Shown one piece after another: positions 57,867-64,000 of a DNA stretch of 64,000 bases (position 1 is its first letter; every line of letters begins with the position of its first letter). Both the position numbers and the translations under genes were made by a program. Origin of the DNA: a bacterium (GTDB lineage: Bacteria > Electryoneota > JAOADG01). The stretch spans positions 32,001-96,000 of the forward strand of contig OY820579.1 of assembly GCA_963681965.1 (NCBI GenBank). Direction: 5' to 3'. The notes under the pieces are model-generated. The model was not told the origin of the DNA. It ran no database searches and saw only the letters and a program-made list of their open reading frames with translations.

Positions 57867-57911
57867 CTTTAACCTCTTTCCATTGATAAATACTAGATCG
57901 ATATAACAAAA

Positions 57912-57934
57912 CAGAGGTAGATTTTCTACCTCTG
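57912..57934 (-). terminator. Terminator-like hairpin after aspA
   Basis: cagaggtag-atttt-ctacctctg. Confidence 0.65.
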
Positions 57935-57949
57935 CTCAGAACATAACAA

Positions 57950-59377
57950 CTATTTTTTGGCGACACCCGGCTCGGTCATCGCACGAATCGCTTCGGGCGA
58001 CAATATCCGATCGATCTCCTCTTCGGACAGGAAATCTTTTTCGATGACGATATCGCGAATTGACCGACCTGACTTTCCCCATTCTTTGACGACTTCGGCT
58101 GCCTTCAAGTATCCAATTACCGGATTAAGTGCAGTTGCTACCTGTGCATTACGTTCTAAATAGCTACGGCACTTCGATTCGTCGGCAGTAATTCCCTTAA
58201 CGCATTTCTCGGCAAGGTGCTTGGATGCAGTCCGAAGAATAGTCAATTCCCAGAACAAATTCAATGCGATAACCGGCATCATGACATTCAATTGGAACTG
58301 TCCGGCGCCGCTGGCAAGAGCGATCGTATTGTCGAATCCCATCACCTGATAACAGACCATATTCGTCATTTCAGGGATCACGGGATTGACTTTTCCGGGC
58401 ATAATCGAAGATCCGGGTTGCAATTCGGGAAGACGAATTTCCGCGATACCGGTGGTGGGACCACTAGATAACAAGCGGAGATCGTTGGAAATCCGCCCCA
58501 TTTCAATCGCCAATTCTCGACACGCACTCGATAATTCAACAACCGGACCCATCGACGACATCGCTTCGAAGTAATCGGTCGCCGGTACTAGCGGGAATTT
58601 GGTAATTTCTCCCAAGACTTTTGCCACGCGAGTGCGATACTCGGGATGGGTATTCAATCCAGTTCCGGCAGCACTACCACCGAGACCGATCTCATATAGC
58701 GATTTTTTCGCTTCGAAGACGCGCTTGTGCGATTTTTGAATGGCATGCGCCATTCCACCGAACTCCTGACCTAAGCGGATCGGCACGGCATCCTGCAGGT
58801 GGGTACGAGCACTCTTAATGATATGATCGAACCATTTAGCTTTACCGGTGAGTTCTTCTTCAAGCAATTTGACCGACGCAATCAGCGCACGAGCGCCGCG
58901 GAGCCCACCCAGTCGAATCGCAGTCGGAATAACATCGTTGGTCGACTGACCAAAATTGACGTGATTGTTCGGCGATAGATAACTTTCGTCGCCTTTCTCT
59001 CGTCCTAAAATTTCCAAAGCACGATTGGCAATCACTTCGTTCGCATTCATGTGATGCGACGTACCGGCGCCTGCCTGATAGGGATCGACGACGAATTGAT
59101 CCTGAAATTTGCCATCCATGATTTCTTGCGATGCTTGCATAATGGCATGTGCTCGCTCGGAATCGAGCATTCCCAATTCCATATTTACCTGTGCGGCAGC
59201 GCGTTTAATCGCAGCCAGCGACCAAATAAAGTAAGGGTGAGGATGTAAACCGGAAATCTGGAAATTCTGAACTGCGCGGATGGTTTGAACCCCATAATAC
59301 ACTTTATTGGGGATGTGCATTGGTCCGAAACTGTCGCGTTCGATTCGATAACCGGGTTTCGGTTCCAACTCGTTCAT
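57950..59377 (-). CDS. aspA: Aspartate ammonia-lyase (class II fumarase/aspartase family)
   Basis: QAGAGTS, QSTND, RTHLQDAVP, GSSIMPGKVNPV; fumC not fully excluded. Confidence 0.8.
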   Translation of the reverse strand: MNELEPKPGYRIERDSFGPMHIPNKVYYGVQTIRAVQNFQISGLHPHPYFIWSLAAIKRAAAQVNMELGMLDSERAHAIMQASQEIMDGKFQDQFVVDPYQAGAGTSHHMNANEVIANRALEILGREKGDESYLSPNNHVNFGQSTNDVIPTAIRLGGLRGARALIASVKLLEEELTGKAKWFDHIIKSARTHLQDAVPIRLGQEFGGMAHAIQKSHKRVFEAKKSLYEIGLGGSAAGTGLNTHPEYRTRVAKVLGEITKFPLVPATDYFEAMSSMGPVVELSSACRELAIEMGRISNDLRLLSSGPTTGIAEIRLPELQPGSSIMPGKVNPVIPEMTNMVCYQVMGFDNTIALASGAGQFQLNVMMPVIALNLFWELTILRTASKHLAEKCVKGITADESKCRSYLERNAQVATALNPVIGYLKAAEVVKEWGKSGRSIRDIVIEKDFLSEEEIDRILSPEAIRAMTEPGVAKK

Positions 59378-59693
59378 AGTAGTTCTCCAATCCTATTCTG
59401 TTTAGTGCAGATTGATGTGATTCAAAATAAAAATCACTCACACCGATCAATAGCCTTTAAGATTAGTGATACGATGAAGCCTAGTCAAGCTTGTACCGAT
59501 AAATCTGTCGCAATAGGCATTTTGTGATCTTTTCCACAAACAAATTCTTTAATTTTTTAGATCGGATTGTGGACACTTTTGGATCGCAACAAAATTCACA
59601 TTCATTTTTCCAAATTCCGACTCACACAATCGAAACGTCGTCGATTGGTTGATATTGTGAAATTATTAAGTCGATTAATTCTGATGAACTGCG

Positions 59694-60035
59694 TCACGGT
59701 GTAACGATTTCGTAGCCTTGTCGAAACCAAGCAATAATCCCATTTTGCAGCGACGACACGTTCGTATAGCCCATTTGTATCAGTTTTGCAGCACAACTAG
59801 CCGATCTGGCACCGGAATGACAGTAGACAACAATTTCTTGCGATAGGTCGGGGCATACTGTTCCAATTTGCTCACGGAGATTTCGCATCGGTAGTAAAAT
59901 TGCACCCTTTATAATGCCATCAGCGTGTTCTTCTCGCTCCCGGACATCGATCAATTTGGGTGGATGATCAGTTCGGGTTTTGCCGTGGAGTGTAACCGCA
60001 TCGATTTCCGGTACGGTATTTCGTCGAAAAAACAT
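59694..60035 (-). CDS. Rhodanese-like protein
   Basis: LIDVRE, YCHSGARS, GIIAW. Confidence 0.92.
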   Translation of the reverse strand: MFFRRNTVPEIDAVTLHGKTRTDHPPKLIDVREREEHADGIIKGAILLPMRNLREQIGTVCPDLSQEIVVYCHSGARSASCAAKLIQMGYTNVSSLQNGIIAWFRQGYEIVTP

Positions 60036-60161
60036 TGATCCCTCTGATGAATTGGCGCTTGTATGTTCGAATTCGATGGTTCAAAAACTCTACTAACCAT
60101 AGTCATTTAACCAGCAACATCGGATTGAGTTGCATTAGTCTTTCGAATTCATAATCTTGGA

Positions 60162-62186
60162 ATGTGTTACGGAGTGAACTTGGATCGTATTGAACCGACT
60201 GTCCCAACTCGCAAAATGACCTTTACCGAGTGGTTGTTTATTGGCGCTTTGATTGCCCGTTGCGGGTGGCTTATCGGTATGATCAAAACCCCATTCTGGA
60301 AAACCCCACTCGTTGATGCATTGGTTTACCATGAACTTGCGCTTAAGATCAATTCCGATGGCTGGCTTCCGACCTCGGTTTTCGAGCGAACTCCGCTCTA
60401 TCCCTACTTAATTGCAATCGTGTATCAGTTGGTCGGATCCGAACCATTTTGGATCAGGATGTTGCAAGCCTGTATCGGGGCAGTGAATGTCGTACTGATC
60501 TATCGGATCAGTTCGAAGATATTCAATGAATCGGTAGGACGGGTTGCCGGAATTATCGCTGCATGTTACGGGATGTTCTGGATTCACGAAGCGGATTTAC
60601 TCGCACCGGTTTGGGTAATCTTCTTCATGCTGCTGTCGATCATCTTCGCACTTCCGACCAAGAATTCGAATACGTCACCGATCCTTAAATTGCTGCGTCC
60701 ACTCGCCAGCGGTCTCAGCATGGGTTTGGCGATACTCGCTTGGCCCACCGTCACCTTTGCAGCGCCGGGTATTTGGCACATCGTCGGGCGGTCCAAAGAC
60801 CCCGATCTCAAAAATGATGTGACACCGAAGCGATTTCTTGCTCGCCAGATGGCTGCGATCGACTTTCGGGCGACTTTGCTGGTGATTGTCGCTACCCTCA
60901 TTCTTCCGATGAGTCTTGTAGGATTTCAATACATCCGGTTCGGCGAACCGATGCTTTCATTACAAGGCGGGGTGAATCTCTATCTCGGGAATAACCCGAG
61001 TTCCGACGGATTTTCGGCAATTATGCCGGGCATTGGTCCAGCGTGGAGTTTCGATGAATTGCGTGCCGATCTCGATCGAAAACTGAATCATCATGTCAGT
61101 TGGTTGGAGTTCGACCGGTATTATCGCAACGAAGCAATTCGCTTTTTCCTCACGGAACCGGTAATGGCTGCCCGGTTATGGCTGCAGAAATTTCTATTTC
61201 TAATCATGCCGACCGAGATTCCGAATACTTTCGATCCGTACGTGTTAAGCATGGCTTATCCGTGGGCAAAATCGGCACTCGTCGTCGGTTGGTGGCTGAT
61301 TTTCCCGATGGCGATCGTTGGCATCGCGCTCCGATGCCGCAAGCTACTCCGAAATTCACTTTCACCCTTTCAGCGAACAGCAGAACAGGGATTGTGGATT
61401 GCGCAAGCAGGGCTGGCTATCGGTGTCATGCTGTTTTTCATCAATATGCGATACCGGTTACCGTTAGTACCACTTCTTATCCCCTTTGCCGGTGTAACCG
61501 CAGTTTCGATCTGGGAACAGCGGAAGTCAATCAAACAGCTCCTGGTTCCATCCGTTGCGACTTTACTGCTCATCGGTATTCTGAAGATCGATTTCTCGCA
61601 CTATGGCGGTGACGGTGGCACCTATGGAATGATGCAACTGGCGATCGCGTTTCGCGACCAACAAAATTTCGAGCAAGCCGAGCACTGGTTCAATTCGGCA
61701 ATGGAAGTGAATCCCGGCTATCCCAGTATCCGCCATGAACTGGCACGACTGGCAATTCGCCGAGGCGATTATTTCGATGCGAAGCGACTAGCAGACGAAG
61801 AGGTTCAAGTCTCGCAATCGACTCCCTTTAAGATTGATGTGGCATCGGTGTTACAGAATATCGGCACGATTTACGGTCACCTAGGAATGTTGGATAGTGC
61901 TGAATTCTGCTTTCGAGAGTCACTCGCTCGCAATCCATCCTATTTTCTCGCTCAAAAAAATCTCTGGCGTACCCGATTACAGATCGGTGTTCAAGCATTT
62001 CTGGCGAATGACTCTACCAAGGCGATTGCGATCTGGCAACAGATCAAACAAGAAGCCGGGAATCAGCCGATTGCGGATATGATCGATAAAGTGATGGTCG
62101 ATCTTGAGAATGGAACGCTGAAAAAACACTTAGACGCGCTACCATCGTTATCGGAATTCGGGTTTGAAGAAGACGATTTACAGTAA
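60162..62186 (+). CDS. GT-C (ArnT/PMT-like) membrane glycosyltransferase with C-terminal TPRs
   Basis: DALVYH, PLYPY, GGVNLYLGNNP, RYRLP; TPR-like helices; start uncertain (60174 or 60216 possible). Confidence 0.85.
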   Translation: MCYGVNLDRIEPTVPTRKMTFTEWLFIGALIARCGWLIGMIKTPFWKTPLVDALVYHELALKINSDGWLPTSVFERTPLYPYLIAIVYQLVGSEPFWIRMLQACIGAVNVVLIYRISSKIFNESVGRVAGIIAACYGMFWIHEADLLAPVWVIFFMLLSIIFALPTKNSNTSPILKLLRPLASGLSMGLAILAWPTVTFAAPGIWHIVGRSKDPDLKNDVTPKRFLARQMAAIDFRATLLVIVATLILPMSLVGFQYIRFGEPMLSLQGGVNLYLGNNPSSDGFSAIMPGIGPAWSFDELRADLDRKLNHHVSWLEFDRYYRNEAIRFFLTEPVMAARLWLQKFLFLIMPTEIPNTFDPYVLSMAYPWAKSALVVGWWLIFPMAIVGIALRCRKLLRNSLSPFQRTAEQGLWIAQAGLAIGVMLFFINMRYRLPLVPLLIPFAGVTAVSIWEQRKSIKQLLVPSVATLLLIGILKIDFSHYGGDGGTYGMMQLAIAFRDQQNFEQAEHWFNSAMEVNPGYPSIRHELARLAIRRGDYFDAKRLADEEVQVSQSTPFKIDVASVLQNIGTIYGHLGMLDSAEFCFRESLARNPSYFLAQKNLWRTRLQIGVQAFLANDSTKAIAIWQQIKQEAGNQPIADMIDKVMVDLENGTLKKHLDALPSLSEFGFEEDDLQ

Positions 62187-62281
62187 TCTCCGAGGGTTTT
62201 GAACATCGATGTAAACAAACCGGAGTGTTTCCGAGTAGGATAGTTAGAGGGGGATCATCTAATATCCTAAAGGAGACGAAC

Positions 62282-62701
62282 GTGAACCGGATTTCGCTTT
62301 TTGTAACTGCTATTCTAGCAATCTTGATTTTTCAGATCGGGGTGACGACAAGTGTCACCAATGCTATTGCTGCCGATAAACCCGATCAAGTCACACTGAA
62401 AGACTTTCCTTCGATCGAAGGCGGAATGAAATCGTTGGCATCGAAGTTGATTTATCCGGCATCGGCTAAAAATGACGGTGTTGAAGGTAAAGTGATGGTC
62501 AGCGCGACGATCGGAAAAGATGGTTCGGTCGATTCGATCTGGGTTGTGAAAGGAGTTCGCACCGATCTCGACAGTGCCGCAATCACCGTTATTAAACGAC
62601 TCACTTGGAAACCGGGCAAAACCGAACAAGGCGAAGCAGTCAAAGCAACGGTGACGATTCCGATCATGTTTAAATTGAAATCCGATAAAAAGAACCAATA
62701 G
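62282..62701 (+). CDS. TonB C-terminal domain protein
   Basis: AAGGAG RBS plus GTG; YPASAKNDGVEGKV, LDSAA, WKPG, IPIMFKL. Confidence 0.88.
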   Translation: MNRISLFVTAILAILIFQIGVTTSVTNAIAADKPDQVTLKDFPSIEGGMKSLASKLIYPASAKNDGVEGKVMVSATIGKDGSVDSIWVVKGVRTDLDSAAITVIKRLTWKPGKTEQGEAVKATVTIPIMFKLKSDKKNQ

Positions 62702-62744
62702 TAATCCATTTTCGCATCGGAAAATAAACGACTCGAGGTGAATC

Positions 62745-63284
62745 ATCGTCGATTACACCGAGATCATAACACAGATTCAAGCCGGCGATGTCGAACAGTA
62801 TCGCTATATCGTGCAGGAATGGAAAGACGAGTTACTGAAACTCGCTTTCCATTTCACGCACGATTGGAATGACGCGGAAGAAATCGCGCAGACGACATTT
62901 ATTAAAGTCTATCGGAATCTCCAGCAGTATGACCGATCTCGACCCTTTCGACCTTGGATATTACGGATCCATTTGAACAATTGCCGCAGTCATTACAGAA
63001 AAATCCAATTCGAACGTCTATTCTTTACCGGATTAATTTCAGCACAATCGATTGCAACACCTTCCGACAGCTCCGATATCACCGAACCAATCATCCAATC
63101 GGCAATCGATCATCTTTCCTGGAAACAACGGTCGGTCTTCGTGATGATCGAAATTGAAGCTCAGAGTGTCGAAGCGACTGCCGAAATGTTACAGTGTGCC
63201 AGTTCCACAGTACGGGTGCATCTAATGCGCGCCAAGCAGAATTTACAGAATCGCTTGAAGAAAGCGGGGATCAGTTATGAATGA
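62745..63284 (+). CDS. ECF sigma factor (N-terminus extends upstream of the ORF-track start)
   Basis: AEEIAQTTF, FRPWILRI, TVRVHLMRAK; in-frame upstream DYTEIITQIQAGDVEQYRYIV. Confidence 0.85.
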   Translation: MVDYTEIITQIQAGDVEQYRYIVQEWKDELLKLAFHFTHDWNDAEEIAQTTFIKVYRNLQQYDRSRPFRPWILRIHLNNCRSHYRKIQFERLFFTGLISAQSIATPSDSSDITEPIIQSAIDHLSWKQRSVFVMIEIEAQSVEATAEMLQCASSTVRVHLMRAKQNLQNRLKKAGISYE

Positions 63285-63600
63285 TCTGCAACGATATTTA
63301 TCCGGACGACAATCCGAGCAACCACCCCAATCGCTCAGTCACCGATTGGAAGTGAAGGTAATGAATCGGATTCGTTCGCAACACGCTCCGCGCTTGCGAT
63401 ATCGGCTGAAACTGGTAACGGTTGGTATTTCTGCGATCCTACTCACTCTGCTGTGGATTTCATTTCGGTCAACGGACAATTTACCAGTCGAGGCGCTGAC
63501 ATATAACAATTACAATGAATCGATCGTGATTTTAGACGATCATCAAGCCATCCTCCTCACCCCTCTTTCCAACGGTTCGCAACCGGGAGGACACCGATGA
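63277..63600 (+). CDS. Putative single-TM anti-sigma factor
   Basis: Overlaps the ECF stop; PPQSL...KVMNRI followed by a TM helix. Confidence 0.7.
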   Translation: MNDLQRYLSGRQSEQPPQSLSHRLEVKVMNRIRSQHAPRLRYRLKLVTVGISAILLTLLWISFRSTDNLPVEALTYNNYNESIVILDDHQAILLTPLSNGSQPGGHR

Positions 63601-64000
63601 AAATCATTCGAATTGGTTGTTTGTTAACGGTCTTACTGCCATTGCTACTCTCTTGTCAACGGTTCTTTCCGCAGCGGTATTTGGTTTCGGCGCGGGTGAC
63701 GCATTTCAGTATCGTCGGGAGAGAGGGCGATCTGAATTTTCCGATGATAGCGCAGATCAAAGATATCGACGCGATTACCAAGGACATCGACGAGGCGGAG
63801 TACTATTATAAAAAGCTATCCTCAGTATATCAGTTCAAATCGTTCGTATATCAGCAGTCGGATAAAATCGATACAATTCTTACGAAGCAATCACTCGAGA
63901 ATCCGCTATCCTTTTCGCGCTTGACGCACTCACCGATACCGGTAGCAGTCGAATTGACAGGGATTGACGACCAACGCATTCGTTTCATCGTTCGAAGCCA
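63597..64000 (+). CDS. Lipoprotein, 3'-truncated by the window end
   Basis: GGAGG RBS; MKIIRIGCLLTVLLPLLLSC; frame stays open to the end. Confidence 0.7.
   Translation, partial: MKIIRIGCLLTVLLPLLLSCQRFFPQRYLVSARVTHFSIVGREGDLNFPMIAQIKDIDAITKDIDEAEYYYKKLSSVYQFKSFVYQQSDKIDTILTKQSLENPLSFSRLTHSPIPVAVELTGIDDQRIRFIVRS

Noticed and set aside
63617-63811. 64-aa ORF from the track
   Set aside because: Out of frame within the better supported lipoprotein ORF starting at 63597.

Overview
A 64-kb chromosomal window from a diderm bacterium. The FlgD/T9SS-type sorting domain, PorV-like gene, TonB and many lipoproteins suggest the FCB superphylum (inference). Most genes are housekeeping or envelope related: cmk, plsC, AmgK/MurU-like recycling genes, scpAB, trpS, nfo, a Na+-pumping acyl-CoA decarboxylase operon, pdxS, nrdJ and aspA. 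The best candidate for an undescribed system is a minus-strand cluster at 32.7-40.2 kb. It encodes a stand-alone PqqD/RRE protein, an ATP-grasp ligase, a PLP fold-type III decarboxylase whose N-terminus carries a leader-like WEKPTI motif, a hidden 41-codon ORF and a urea-transporter/M23-peptidase fusion. Upstream lie a sensor-less sigma-54 activator, a consensus sigma-54 promoter and an ECF sigma factor with no adjacent anti-sigma. Other notable items: an AT-rich PIN-GNAT-EVE/ASCH island, a short orphan CcrM-like methylase, a 114-bp TIR-bounded REP-carrying element, an orphan structured RNA candidate, a QueE homologue lacking its radical-SAM cysteines, a RapZ-C/MurU fusion and several small ORFs missed by the ORF track. 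No rRNA, tRNA, CRISPR array, transposase or integrase was recognised. All calls come from reading motifs by eye; no searches were run.
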